NCBI GenBank assembly: GCA_945874545.1
Contig: CAMCHD010000001.1
Location: 1 to 44,107 of the forward strand
DNA length: 44,107 bases
DNA from: Akkermansia muciniphila
GTDB taxonomy: Bacteria > Verrucomicrobiota > Verrucomicrobiia > Opitutales > Opitutaceae
Reading direction: 5' to 3'
In this document: piece after piece, positions 1-10,300 of the stretch
Numbering within the stretch: the first letter of the stretch is position 1
Layout of the letters: each line of letters opens with the position of its first letter
Notes under the pieces: generated by a model
Databases searched by the model: none
Told to the model about the DNA's origin: nothing
What the model saw: the letters and a program-made list of their open reading frames with translations, nothing else
Translations under genes and position numbers: made by a program

Positions 1-839
1 AGGATCTTCTTCATCTCGGCCTTGGTCTTGGCGTTCACGACGCGGGGGCCGCGGGTGATGTCGCCGAACTTGGCGGTCTCGGAGATGGAGAAACGCATCC
101 CGGAGATGCCCTTTTCATACATGAGATCGCAGATCAGCTTCAGTTCGTGGAGGCACTCGAAATAGGCCATCTCGGGTTGGTAGCCGGCCTCGATCAGGGT
201 CTCGAAGCCCGCCTGCACGAGGGCGGAGGCGCCGCCGCAGAGCACGGCCTGCTCGCCGAAGAGATCGGTCTCGGTCTCCTCCTTGAAGGTGGTCTGGAGC
301 ACGCCGGCGCGGGTGCTGCCGATGCCCTTGGCCCAGGCGAGGGCGTTTTTCTTGGCCTTCTTCGACTTGTCCTGGGCGACCGCGATGAGGGCGGGCATGC
401 CCTTGCCCTCGACGTAGAGGCGGCGGACCATGTGGCCCGGGCCCTTGGGGGCGACCATGATGACGTCGACGTCGGCCGGAACCGAAATCAGGCCGAAATG
501 CACGGCGAGACCGTGCGAGAAGACGAGGGTCTTGCCCTTGGTGAGGTTGGGCTCGATGTCGTTTTTGTAGACGTCGGCCTGTTTCATGTCGGGCAGGCCG
601 ACGAGGATGATGTCGGCGAGGCGGACGGCCTCGGCGGTCGATACCACCTTGAAGCCGTGCTTCTCGGCGACGGGTTTGGACTTCGAGCCTTCGTAGAGGC
701 CGATGATGACGTTTACGCCGGAGTCCTTGAGATTGAGGGCGTGGGCGTGGCCTTGGGAGCCGTAGCCGAGGACGGCGATGGTCTTGTTGGTGTAGAGGCC
801 GAGGTCGGCGTCTTTGTCGGTGTATACTTTGGCGGGCAT
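1..839 (-). CDS. ilvC: Ketol-acid reductoisomerase (3' end runs off the window)
   Basis: Translated by hand from ATG at 839: [13 protein letters not shown]...[21 protein letters not shown]...MVAPKGPGH...[20 protein letters not shown]...[15 protein letters not shown]. These are diagnostic IlvC motifs. Absent from the ORF track because there is no stop in the window. Confidence 0.97.
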   Translation of the reverse strand, partial: MPAKVYTDKDADLGLYTNKTIAVLGYGSQGHAHALNLKDSGVNVIIGLYEGSKSKPVAEKHGFKVVSTAEAVRLADIILVGLPDMKQADVYKNDIEPNLTKGKTLVFSHGLAVHFGLISVPADVDVIMVAPKGPGHMVRRLYVEGKGMPALIAVAQDKSKKAKKNALAWAKGIGSTRAGVLQTTFKEETETDLFGEQAVLCGGASALVQAGFETLIEAGYQPEMAYFECLHELKLICDLMYEKGISGMRFSISETAKFGDITRGPRVVNAKTKAEMKKI

Positions 840-893
840 GTTGGGAAAAAACGGCGGGGTTGGGGGGAGTTTGGGGGAAAGGGGCGCGGGGGC

Positions 894-1364
894 TCAGCGT
901 TTCAGCGCGAGCGTGCCGGTCCGGGCGAGCTCGAGGATGCCGAAAGGCGCGAGCAAATCGAGGAAGGCGGAGACCTTGCCGGCGTCGCCGACCAGTTCCA
1001 CGATCAGTTCGTTGTGGTCGACGTTCACGATCTTGGTGCGGAAGATTTCACAGATCTGCATCACCTCGGAACGGGATTTGGCCGAGGCCTTGACCTTCAC
1101 CAGCACGAGCTCGCGCTGCACGGCCTGACCCTCCTTGAAGTCGGTCACCTCGACGACGTTCACCAGCTTGCGCACTTGTTTGATCGAGAGGTCGAGGGCG
1201 GTGTCGTCGCCCTTCAGGACGACCGTGATGCGCGAGAGGGAGGCGTCGTGGGTCGGGGCGACGTTGAGCGAATCGATGTTGAAACCGCGCCCGGAGAACA
1301 GGCCGGTGACGCGGGCGAGGACGCCGAACTTGTTCTCAACCAGAATCGAAATCGTGTGACGCAT
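894..1364 (-). CDS. ilvN: Acetolactate synthase small (regulatory) subunit
   Basis: MRHTISILVENKFGVLARVTGLFSGRGFNIDSLNV ACT domain and C-terminal ELARTG; directly upstream of ilvC. Confidence 0.96.
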   Translation of the reverse strand: MRHTISILVENKFGVLARVTGLFSGRGFNIDSLNVAPTHDASLSRITVVLKGDDTALDLSIKQVRKLVNVVEVTDFKEGQAVQRELVLVKVKASAKSRSEVMQICEIFRTKIVNVDHNELIVELVGDAGKVSAFLDLLAPFGILELARTGTLALKR

Positions 1365-1402
1365 GGGGGAGGTTTTGGGCGGGAAAGGGAGGGAGTGGAG
1401 GC

Positions 1403-1479
1403 TGGTGGACGCTGAGGGACTCGAACCCCCGACACCCTCGGTGTAAGCGAGGTGCTCTAACCAACTGAGCTAAGCGTCC
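1403..1479 (-). tRNA. tRNA-Val (anticodon TAC)
   Basis: Reverse complement GGACGCTTAGCTCAGTTGGTTAGAGCACCTCGCTTACACCGAGGGTGTCGGGGGTTCGAGTCCCTCAGCGTCCACCA shows acceptor stem, D arm, anticodon stem CCTCG/CGAGG with loop CT-TAC-AC, TTCGA T-loop and encoded CCA. Confidence 0.97.
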
Positions 1480-1574
1480 AAACCAAAGGGCCTAGGAAAG
1501 CCAACGCGCTCGCCGGCTGACAAGGGTTATTTGAGCGTGGCGATGGGGAGCAGGGCATCTGGCGACCGGGGCGA

Positions 1575-2621
1575 TCACGCGGTGACGGATTTGCGATCGC
1601 TCAACAACCAGCCTTCGCGGCACATCAACTCCGCGTTTTGCACCGCGTTCAACGCGGCGCCTTTCCAGAGGTTGTCGCCGCTGACCCAGAAGGAGAGTCC
1701 GTTGTCGAAGGCGGTGTCGATCCGCAGGCGGCCCACGCCGCACTTCACCTTTTCGGCGAAGTCGAGCGGTGTGGGATACCGGCGCGCGGCGGGCTCGTCC
1801 ACCAGCTCGGCGCCGGGGAAGGCCGCGATGGCCGCACGGGCCTGGGCGAGGTCGACCGGACGCTCAAACTCGGCCGCGACGGCGACGGAGTGGGCTCGCA
1901 CGACCGGCACCCTTACGCAGGTGGCGGAGACCCGCAGCTCCGGCAGGCCCATGATTTTCCGGCTCTCGAGGCGCATCTTTTCTTCTTCGCCGGTGTAGCC
2001 GTCGGCGCCGAAAGAGTCGATCTGCGGGATGCAGTTGAAGGCGATCTGGTAGGGATAGACCTTCGCCACGAGGGGCGCGCCGGCGGAGTGAGCCGCGATC
2101 TGGTCGGCCAGCTCGCGAACGGCCTCGGCGCCGGTGCCGGACACCGATTGGTAGGTCGAGACAAAGATGCGCTTCAACCCGAACAAGCGATGCAGCGGGT
2201 AAAGCCCCATGAGCATCACCGCGGTCGAGCAGTTCGGGTTGGCGATGAGGCCGCGGTGTCCGCGCAGCGCCTCGGGGTTGATCTCCGGCACCACCAGAGG
2301 CACGTCGCCCTGCTGGCGGTAGGCGGAGCTCTTGTCGATCACGGTGCAACCGCTCGCGATGGCGTCTGCCGCGAGGGCGCGGGTCACCGGGCCGCCAGCG
2401 GCGAAAAAGGCGAGGTCGACTCCGGCAAAAGCCCCCGCCTTGGCCTCCTCAATCACCAGGGTCCGGTCGCCGAAGGTCACGGTTTTACCGGCTGATCGCG
2501 CCGAGGCAAAAAGGCGTAGGCGGGACACCGGGAATTGGCGCTCGAGCAATAGCCGGACGAGCTCTTGACCGACCGCGCCGGTGGCGCCGACGATACCGAC
2601 AACGTAATTACGTGTGCTCAC
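1575..2621 (-). CDS. asd: Aspartate-semialdehyde dehydrogenase
   Basis: VGIVGATGAVG Rossmann motif, catalytic ANPNCS, STYQSVSGTG, SATCVRVPV..AHS, DNLWKGAALNAVQ. Start placed at GTG 2621; the ORF-track extension to 2891 overlaps the divergent gene. Confidence 0.95.
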   Translation of the reverse strand: MSTRNYVVGIVGATGAVGQELVRLLLERQFPVSRLRLFASARSAGKTVTFGDRTLVIEEAKAGAFAGVDLAFFAAGGPVTRALAADAIASGCTVIDKSSAYRQQGDVPLVVPEINPEALRGHRGLIANPNCSTAVMLMGLYPLHRLFGLKRIFVSTYQSVSGTGAEAVRELADQIAAHSAGAPLVAKVYPYQIAFNCIPQIDSFGADGYTGEEEKMRLESRKIMGLPELRVSATCVRVPVVRAHSVAVAAEFERPVDLAQARAAIAAFPGAELVDEPAARRYPTPLDFAEKVKCGVGRLRIDTAFDNGLSFWVSGDNLWKGAALNAVQNAELMCREGWLLSDRKSVTA

Positions 2622-2622
2622 G

Positions 2623-3165
2623 ATGAATGAATGGAGAGAATTGGTGAACAAAACCCGCCAGCGCCTTGGCATCAAGCCCGCAGACCGGCTTCTCCTGGTG
2701 CACATCGCGACGCAGACCCTGCAATTTTTTCGGGGAGAAACCCTGGTGCGCGCACTTCCGGTATCCACCTCCCGGCTTCCCCCCAGCAACCTCAAGGACT
2801 CGCTTGGCACGCCGCGTGGCCTGCATGAGATAGCGGAGCGCATCGGTGGCGAACAGCCCCCTGGCATGGTCTTCAAGGGCCGCCGCCCCACCGGTCACCA
2901 CTTCACCGAACACGCCGATGACGGCAACCTCATCACCAGTCGCATCCTTTGGCTGCGCGGTCTTGAACAGGGAATCAACGCGGGCCGCGCGCCTTCCGGC
3001 GCAGAGGTGGATACCCACGCGCGCTACGTCTACCTCCACGGCACCAACCGCGAAGACCTCATCGGCCGGCCTGCGAGCGCGGGTTGTGTGCTTTTGCGCA
3101 ACGCCGACATCGTGGCCCTCCACGATGAGGTCCGCGTCGGCGACCACGTCTTTATCGGTGATTGA
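2623..3165 (+). CDS. L,D-transpeptidase (YkuD family)
   Basis: PVSTS, SLGTPRG, ITSRILWLRGLE and the catalytic motif YLHGT...ASAGCV (H-x-C). ATG at 2623. Confidence 0.88.
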   Translation: MNEWRELVNKTRQRLGIKPADRLLLVHIATQTLQFFRGETLVRALPVSTSRLPPSNLKDSLGTPRGLHEIAERIGGEQPPGMVFKGRRPTGHHFTEHADDGNLITSRILWLRGLEQGINAGRAPSGAEVDTHARYVYLHGTNREDLIGRPASAGCVLLRNADIVALHDEVRVGDHVFIGD

Positions 3166-3363
3166 GGGTGACCTGCGCCGGATTCAGGAATTTTGCGGCA
3201 GAGCTGCGGAGTGAGGTGGAGCGCGCATTTCAGAGGAGAGATACCAGGGACGACTCGGAGAGCCTTTCGCGAGGAGTGAACCAATGAAGGACGTCGTCTG
3301 ATCACCTCAAAACGAACCTATCGGAGTGCCTGGTTTTGGCTGAGGTTTTGCGGTGTGTTGTCA

Positions 3364-3394
3364 CGGGGGAGAACTCGGTTCGCCCCGCTTTTTG
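3364..3394 (+). terminator. Probable intrinsic terminator
   Basis: CGGGGGAGAAC-TCG-GTTCGCCCCG hairpin followed by CTTTTTG. Confidence 0.55.
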
Positions 3395-3447
3395 CCTTCT
3401 AGTCGCAGGACGGTTTGCCCTTGGTGGCTGTAACTTTGGTGGAACGC

Positions 3448-5244
3448 CTAGCCCTCGGGGAGCATGATCTTGAGTCGCCAGAATAGGGCGGGCGTCGGCG
3501 TTGGCAGGGGCACGCGCAGGTAAACGCGATCCAGGTCCTGCGTTTCAACGGCAAAGGGGTGGGACGTGGTTTGCCAAAGCGTGAGATCGGTCGAGTATTC
3601 CACTTGCCAAGTGACCTCGCCCAGCTCGCGGGTAACCGGGAAACGCAGGGCTAGCGCGCCGTCCTCTTGTCTTAACATGGCTGTGCGCTCGCCCGCCGGA
3701 GAAGCCGCATGGGGATCGGAAGCGTGGAAAAACTCGAGGAGATTGGCGAGACCGTCGTTGTCCGGATCCGAAACCGGCGCGGCATCGCTCGCCGGTGTTC
3801 CAATCGGAAATTGAAGAAGGCTCCATCGGCCATAGGCACCGGGCGGGGTGTAGACGTTCTCACGCCAGCCCAGGTCCGGGGCCGAGAGGTGATAGTTGTC
3901 GCCAGGAAGGGGCGTTCCACGGTCGATGAGGTCGCTGTCGTCACGAAGACTGAGCAGGTCGAGATCGGGGAGCCGGCCGTCGGACCCGCGGGGGACGGAG
4001 ATCGCGGCGAGCAACGAGCCGACGTCGTTTGGCGCCGAGACGAAGTCGGCGGAGGTCACCGTGACGGGAAGGTCGAAAGAATTATGCGACGAGTCGCAGG
4101 CGGCGGGTTCCAACGAGACGACCGCATTGGAGCGGGCGGAAAAACTTAGATTGTTTTTGATCAGGTGCGCATAGCCCGGGACGTCGGTAAGGTTGTCGGG
4201 GAGGACGTTCAGGAAGCTGAAGTTGTTGGCGTTGCGGAAGGCCGTATTGTGCAGGAAATCAAGCCCGCCGGGATGGTGGTTGGCGTAGAACCCGTTCGCA
4301 CGGTTGTAGACGGCAAGGCTGCGCCGGACGACGTGGCGGGGAACCGGGGACGGAAGGGCGGAGCCGTTGCGGCCATAGCCTCCTGCTTTGAAGCCGGTGC
4401 CGTCGCCGCCCCGGGAAAGGGTGGCATCGAGGTAGCCGTTGAAGGCGGCGACGCATTCCTCGATGACCGCGGGCGCGCGGCAGTTGATGAAGTCGAAGCC
4501 GTCGTCGCTGTTGAGCCAGGCGCGGCAGCGGCGAAACGTATTCCCCGGACCGTTGGCGGAGGTGTGGGCGCCAAAGCCATCCACGTTGCCGATCGAGAGG
4601 GAATCGAGCCCCGCGTTGTTGTAGGCGTCGCAATCGACCACCAGGTTGTCGGCGCTGTTTCCGATGATGTAGACGCCGATTCCCATGCCGTCGCGAAGAA
4701 CAAGGCGGTCGAGTATGTTGCGGTTGCCGTTTTGGATGCGGAAGCACTCCGATTGCGTGTTGGTGGCTTCGCCGGCGCGAATCACGACCTGCACGCCGAC
4801 GACATGAAAGCCCTCGAAGCGGAGGTCGTGGGTGCGGATGTAGAAGGCCGTGATGCGCCGGGCGGATGGGCGGACGGCGGAAAAATCGAAGACCGGTGTC
4901 CGGCCCGGCAGGGCGCGGTAGGCGATGCCGGCTTTGGTGAAATCGTGGACGTAGGCATAGAGGGTGTCGCTGCGGGCGATTTGTTGGTCGGTGAGCAGAT
5001 AGGTGCCGCCCTCGATCCAAACCGTGTCTCCGGCGGAGGCGGCGGCCTGTGCGCGCATGAGGGTGGCGAAGGGGGCCGATACGCCGCCGGACGCCGTGTC
5101 CTCGCCCGACGGGGCGACGTGCCAGTCGGCGCCGCGTGCGGCGAGAACCCATGCCGCGAGGACAAAAACCAGCAGGGTGGCGCGCCGCGCAAAGGCGGAG
5201 CGGGGGATGGCGTCTGGGGAAGGAAGCATCGCGCGCCCGACCAT
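3448..5244 (-). CDS. Secreted pectate lyase, PL9 (PelL-like beta-helix), with a C-terminal DxDxDG/F-x-R-L domain
   Basis: Signal peptide; VAPSG.D...PFATL..A...GDTV.I.GGTY; Ca-binding NVDGF and NSDDGFD; catalytic-Lys motif GFKAGG; NGFYANH. Start may be ATG 5229. Confidence 0.85.
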   Translation of the reverse strand: MVGRAMLPSPDAIPRSAFARRATLLVFVLAAWVLAARGADWHVAPSGEDTASGGVSAPFATLMRAQAAASAGDTVWIEGGTYLLTDQQIARSDTLYAYVHDFTKAGIAYRALPGRTPVFDFSAVRPSARRITAFYIRTHDLRFEGFHVVGVQVVIRAGEATNTQSECFRIQNGNRNILDRLVLRDGMGIGVYIIGNSADNLVVDCDAYNNAGLDSLSIGNVDGFGAHTSANGPGNTFRRCRAWLNSDDGFDFINCRAPAVIEECVAAFNGYLDATLSRGGDGTGFKAGGYGRNGSALPSPVPRHVVRRSLAVYNRANGFYANHHPGGLDFLHNTAFRNANNFSFLNVLPDNLTDVPGYAHLIKNNLSFSARSNAVVSLEPAACDSSHNSFDLPVTVTSADFVSAPNDVGSLLAAISVPRGSDGRLPDLDLLSLRDDSDLIDRGTPLPGDNYHLSAPDLGWRENVYTPPGAYGRWSLLQFPIGTPASDAAPVSDPDNDGLANLLEFFHASDPHAASPAGERTAMLRQEDGALALRFPVTRELGEVTWQVEYSTDLTLWQTTSHPFAVETQDLDRVYLRVPLPTPTPALFWRLKIMLPEG

Positions 5245-5409
5245 GCAAAGCCGTCGAGGGGGCGCAACGGTGCAAACACCGGACGGAGTTTCCGGTAAAC
5301 CCCGCCGTAGCCGGGCGGAGAATGCCCGGGAACGAGTCGCCTTCCTGGCGCGGCGGCCGTGGTGATCCGAGGGCGGGTGGGCGCTTCGTCGCGCGCGTTT
5401 GCGCCGTGT

Positions 5410-7296
5410 TCAGCGTGCGTGGCGTTCGGCGGCCTCGAGCGCCTCGGTGGCCGCCTCCCACTTGGCGGTGGCGGAACTGACCTGCTCGGTGATCGTGCTC
5501 AGCTCGAGGTTGAGCCGGTGAAAGCGGCTCTTGTCGGCGTAGGTGGCGGGGTCTTCGAGGGCGGCGGTGATCTCGCCTTGTTTTGCTTCCAGATCGGCGA
5601 CCAGTTTTTCCAGCTGGCCGACCTCCTCGCGCATCTTGCGGAGCTGGTTGGGCGTGAGTTTCGGGCCGCCTGGGGCGGGGGCGGACGCCGGCTCGGCGGC
5701 GGCTTTTTTGGCGTTGCCCTTGTGGGCCTCGGGCCGCGCGTCGGTGAAGCCGGCGGTGAGGGCGGCGCGGGCGTTGGTCGCCTTCGATTTCTCCAGGTAA
5801 TAGTCGTAGTTGCCGGCGTAGGACGTCAGGCGCCCGCTGTGCACGTGCAGCACCGTCTCGGCGAGGGAGCGGATGAAATGCACGTCGTGGGAGATGAAGA
5901 CGAGGGTGCCGGTGTAGCCCTTCAGCGCGTTCACCATCGCATCGATCGAACCGATGTCCAGGTGCGTGGTGGGCTCGTCCATGAGCAGGAGATTCGGCGG
6001 ATCGACCAGCAGGCGGGCGAGGTTGAGGCGGGATTTTTCGCCGCCGGAGAGCACGCCGACCTTCTTGTGCACGTCGTCCTTGCGGAAAAGAAAACTGCCG
6101 AGGATGGCCCGCGCCTGTTGCTCGGTCAGCTGGTTCTCGTTGGTGCGCAGTTCCATCATCATCTCGAACACCGTGGCGTCCTCGCGGAGGGTGTCGGTGC
6201 GCTGCTGGGCAAAGTAGCCGGCGGTGACGTTGGTGCCGAGCTCGCGGAGGCCGCCCTGGATGGCGAGGTTGCCGGCGAGGATCTTGAGCAGGGTGGATTT
6301 GCCGGCGCCGTTTGGGCCGACGAGCACGATGCGCTGGCCGCGTTCGGCGGTGAAGTTGAGGTCGGTGTAGACCACCTTTTCGCCGTAGGCCTGGCGGACG
6401 TTCTTCAGCTCGATGACCTTGAGGCCGGAGCGGATGGGTTGGGGGAACTTGAAGTTGATGCGCTTCAGCTCCTCGGTCGGTTCCTCGACGGCGGCCTCCT
6501 TCAGGCGTTCGATCTGTTTCTCCTTGGACTTGGCGCGGGAGGCCATGGAGGCCTTGGCGCCGAAGCGGTCGACGAAGACCTGGAGGTGGGCGATCTCGCG
6601 CTGCTGGTTTTTGAATTGGGCGAGTTGTTGCTCCTTGCGGGCCTCCTTCTCGGTCAGGAAGTCGTCGTAGTTGCCGTGGTAATAGTGCAGCGTGCCGGCG
6701 CGCAGTTCGAGCATGCCGGTGCAGAGGGCGTTGAGGAAGGCGCGGTCGTGGGAGATGACGACCAGGCCGCCGGGGTAGCGGGTGAGGTAATCCTGGAACC
6801 AGAGCAGGGCCTCCAGATCGAGGTGGTTGGTCGGCTCGTCGAGCAGGAGGAGGGCGGGCTCGGCGACGAGGAGGCGGGCGAGGTGGGCACGCATCACCCA
6901 GCCACCGGAGAAGGATTTGGCGGGTTTGTGGGCGTCGCCCTCCTTGAAACCAAGGCCGGCCAGGATGGTGTGGGCGCGAGGCTCGAGGGTGTAGTCGATG
7001 TCGTAGTTGTCCTCGGTGGGCTCGAGGGCCTTGCCGGAGGTGGCGATGTGCAGGATGGACTCGTCGCCGACCGGGGCGGACTCCTGCGGGAGGTAGCCGA
7101 AATCGGCGCCGCGCTCCCACTCGATGATTCCGGTGTCGGGGCGTTCCTCGCCGAGGATCAGCCCGAAGAGGGTGGACTTGCCGGCGCCGTTGGGCCCGAC
7201 CAGGCCGAGGCGATCGGTGCGCGCGACAAAGAGCGAAACGTCGGAAAACAGTTCGCGGGTGCCGTAGGACTTGGAGACGTCGGAGATCGTGAGCAT
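5410..7296 (-). CDS. ABC-F family ribosome-associated ATPase
   Basis: Two ABC domains (GPNGAGKST twice, [21 protein letters not shown] and [10 protein letters not shown]), an inter-domain linker, a C-terminal coiled coil and no TM segments. Confidence 0.93.
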   Translation of the reverse strand: MLTISDVSKSYGTRELFSDVSLFVARTDRLGLVGPNGAGKSTLFGLILGEERPDTGIIEWERGADFGYLPQESAPVGDESILHIATSGKALEPTEDNYDIDYTLEPRAHTILAGLGFKEGDAHKPAKSFSGGWVMRAHLARLLVAEPALLLLDEPTNHLDLEALLWFQDYLTRYPGGLVVISHDRAFLNALCTGMLELRAGTLHYYHGNYDDFLTEKEARKEQQLAQFKNQQREIAHLQVFVDRFGAKASMASRAKSKEKQIERLKEAAVEEPTEELKRINFKFPQPIRSGLKVIELKNVRQAYGEKVVYTDLNFTAERGQRIVLVGPNGAGKSTLLKILAGNLAIQGGLRELGTNVTAGYFAQQRTDTLREDATVFEMMMELRTNENQLTEQQARAILGSFLFRKDDVHKKVGVLSGGEKSRLNLARLLVDPPNLLLMDEPTTHLDIGSIDAMVNALKGYTGTLVFISHDVHFIRSLAETVLHVHSGRLTSYAGNYDYYLEKSKATNARAALTAGFTDARPEAHKGNAKKAAAEPASAPAPGGPKLTPNQLRKMREEVGQLEKLVADLEAKQGEITAALEDPATYADKSRFHRLNLELSTITEQVSSATAKWEAATEALEAAERHAR

Positions 7297-7340
7297 GGCG
7301 CAGGGAGCCGGTCAGCAAGGAGGGACGGGCGGGCGCAGGG

Positions 7341-7375
7341 CAACAAAAAGCCCCGCCTCGTTTTCGAGGCGGGGC
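7341..7375 (-). terminator. Intrinsic terminator of the CE8 gene
   Basis: On the minus strand, GCCCCGCCTCG-AAAA-CGAGGCGGGGC (perfect 11-bp stem) followed by TTTTTGTTG, 22 nt after the stop. Confidence 0.85.
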
Positions 7376-7397
7376 GACGGCGGGAGTCGGACGCGAC

Positions 7398-10300
7398 TCA
7401 GGGGGCGCCGGCGGGCGGGGTGGCGCGGAGCCGGACAAAGCCCCGCGGGGTCGCGAGTGGTATGCGGGTCACAACCTCCTCGCGTCCGTCACTTCCGGGG
7501 GTGATGACCACGGTGACGCCATCGATCCCGTCGGCGGTGGTCGTCCAGGAGGCGAGATCCGGGGAAAACTCCACGGTCAGGCTCGCGAGCGAGGCGGCGG
7601 CGGCGACGACGCGTTCGTAGCGGAACACGAGGACGCGGTCGGCGCCGGCCGTCTCGGTGGCGGCGCCCGGCAGCAGGTCGGGTTGGGCGATCGACGGGTC
7701 GCCCCCGAGCAAGAATTTCAGCAGATTGGCGATGCCATCGCCGGAGGGATTGGCGTCCGGCGCGCCGGTGGTCGCCGGATCGAGTCCGGCGGCCAGGATG
7801 AAGGTGGTATACGGGCCGGGCGGGGCGGCGACGCTGACCGTGGCGGCGGCGCCGGTCGCGGTCCCGGCGCTGTTGGTCAAAACCACGGTGTAGTCGCCGG
7901 CGGCGGCGGCCGAAGCGCCGACGATGGTGTAGCTGGCGGAGTTTGCGCCGGCGAGCGGCGTGGAACCCAGATACCATTGGTAGGTGGCGGCGGGATAGCC
8001 CAGGGTGCCGGCCACGGTCAGCGTGAGATTGTCGCCCGTCTGGAGAGCTCCGCCGACCGGCGAGACATCCACGACCGGCGCGACCGCGGGGGTGAAGCCG
8101 GCGACATTCGCCGGGACACGCAGAAAGGCGGCGGTGGCGCCGTCGATCTGCTGGTTATCCAGCACCACCGAGCTCCCGACGCCGGTGGCGACGTGGTTGT
8201 AGGTCGGCCGGGACGCGATCTCGAGCGGCGCGCCGGCGAGGTCGGTCGAGCCGTATTCCCAAAACCTTACGTCGGCCGCGGTGGTGGAGCCGCCGTCGAG
8301 CTGCCAGCCGGCGGGCTTGATGTGGGCTCCCATGGCGCAGTCGATGTAGACGCACTGGGAAAACGGATAGCCGTTCGGGTCGATCCGCGCGAGCGTGACG
8401 GAGGCGTCGGCCAGGCCGGGGCCGGCGGTGAGGCGGCAATTCACGTATACGTTGCCGGGCTTGTTCCGGGCGTTGCGAATCTGGGTCAGAAAGCCGGGGT
8501 TCATCGCGCGGATCTCGCAGTTCTGGAAATAGCAGCCGCCGTCGCCCCACATGAAGTCGACGTCGCCCTCGATCGTGCTGTCGGTGAAGAAGACCTGCCC
8601 GGCCGCCAGCACGGTGTCCTGCAGGCTGACCAGATTCACCCGCGACACGGTGCAGCGCTGGACCGCGTTGTGGGTGATGAAGGCCTCGGCCTGGGAACCG
8701 AAACGCGGGGTGAGGTTGCGGATGGTCAGGTTTTGCAGGCGGAAGTCCGCGGCCTGGGTCAGGAAGACGCCGCGGTGGTAGAGCGTGGTCCCGGGAAAGA
8801 TGTCGCCGTTGTTCAAGTAGGCGATCTCGGTGCCGGCGCGGCTCTCGCCTTGGATCGTGACCGCGTTCTGGCCCGAGCGAACGTGCACCAGCTCGGTGTA
8901 GACGCCGTCGCGCACGGTGATGACGCGGGGAATGGTGTTGGCCGGCGAGTGGGGGATAAAATCGAGCGCGCCCTGCACGGTGGTGAAATCACCGGACCCG
9001 TCGGCCGCCACGGTGAGGGTGGCGGTGTCGGCGGCGGGAGGAGCGGCCTTGGTGGTGAAGTTCCAGGCGCCGGAGCCGGTCATGGGGGCGAGGCTGGCGC
9101 CATCCGCGTCGACTATGGCGCCGGCGTCGATCTGCACGTAATAGGAGACGCCGTAGGCCAGCCTGGCCTGAAGGTAGATCCGGGCGGTGTTGCCGGTCAC
9201 CACGATGGGAAAGTAGTTGAACGCCAGTCCTCCGACGGTGCGGGAGGCGACGCGATAGGTGCGTTGGGGAACCAGGCGCGAGTCGGACGACTTCTTCACC
9301 GTGAGCGCGCCGAGGTCGACCGTCTCGACCAGCGCGTGGGTGTCGCCCCGGTAGACCCGGATCTGGCCGGCGGTCCCGGCGGCCGGCGGGGCGGAGAAGG
9401 TGAGCGAAAGCGGGGTGTCGGGGTTCGAACCCGCGGAGTCGTCCGCCGGGAAAAGGACCGGCGTATCGGGCGTGGGAATACCGACGTAGACCCGCGGGCC
9501 CGTGGCCGAGCCGGCGGCGTTGGTCACGGTCACGGTGTAGGCGCCGGAGGCGGCGGCGGAGAGGGTCAGCGGCAGGTTGGCGGAGGTGGCGCCGGGGATG
9601 TCGACGTCGTTCAGCCTCCACTGATAGGACGGCGCGGGCGTGCCGGTCGCGCCGACTGACAGGGAGTAGGCGGAACCGTCCGGCAGCAGGGCGCCGACCG
9701 GCGGGACGGTGATGACGGGAGCGGCTTGCACCACGAGGGTGGCGGGCGAGGACGGGAGGGAGCCCGCGGTGTTCGAGACCACGACGCGGTAGACCGCGTC
9801 GTCGGTCAGGGCGACGGGTGCGATGGTGTGGGACGGGCCGTTCGCGCCGGGGATGTCGGTGTAGTCGGCGCCGCCGTTCGTGCTCACCTGCCACCGGTAG
9901 GCGAGGGGCGCGGTGCCGCTGGCCACGACGGAGAACGTGTGTGTGGCGCCGACGAGCAGGGTGGCGCCGGCCGGCGGGGTCTGGATGCTCGGGGCCACGG
10001 TCTCGGACGTGACCGACACCTGCGCCGGCGTGCTGGCGGCCGAGCCGGCGGCGTTGGTGACGACGAGGCGGTAGAAGCCGGCGTCGGAGCCGGCCACCGT
10101 GGCGATGGCGTGGGACGCGGAGGTGGCGCCCGGGATGTCGGCGTAGGCCGCGCCGCCGTCGGCGCTGTATTGCCATTGGTAGGAGGCCGGGTTCCCCCCG
10201 GCGGCGGCGACCAGGGTGAGCGAGCCGCCGAGCGTGGCGGAGGACGAAGCGGCGGGCTGGGTGACCAGGTAGGGCGGGCCGACGAGGCTGAAGTCCGCCA

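Noticed and set aside
147-1415. 422-aa plus-strand ORF, and similar long ORFs at 5359-7620, 7683-9659, 14527-17127, 18053-19813, 21498-23081, 35876-37723 and 37689-39332
   Set aside because: These are antisense shadows of well-supported genes, expected from high-GC codon bias, and show no recognisable motifs.
1403-1479. tRNA as an integration site for a genomic island
   Set aside because: No integrase, no duplicated tRNA 3' end noticed, and housekeeping genes on both sides.
2622-2891. N-terminal extension of Asd in the ORF track
   Set aside because: It overlaps the L,D-transpeptidase on the other strand, and Asd homology begins at the GTG at 2621.
3230-3300. Glycine riboswitch suggested by two GGAGAG words
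   Set aside because: The CCGAAG and CTCAGG elements are missing, and the site lies between convergent genes with nothing downstream to regulate.
3429-3444. Weak matches to the 7-2-7 box at 3429 (TGTAACT-TT-GGTGGAA) and near 12409 (GTAAGCC-TT-GGTGGCG)
   Set aside because: They are outside the locus, have poorer ends, and the first is not upstream of any start codon. They show that the motif needs a statistical test.
4259-7438. 1059-aa Arg/Pro-rich minus-strand ORF spanning ABC-F and PL9 (also 41628-43757 and 30283-32193)
   Set aside because: Off-frame or antisense reading of real genes; the composition is typical of non-coding frames in GC-rich DNA.
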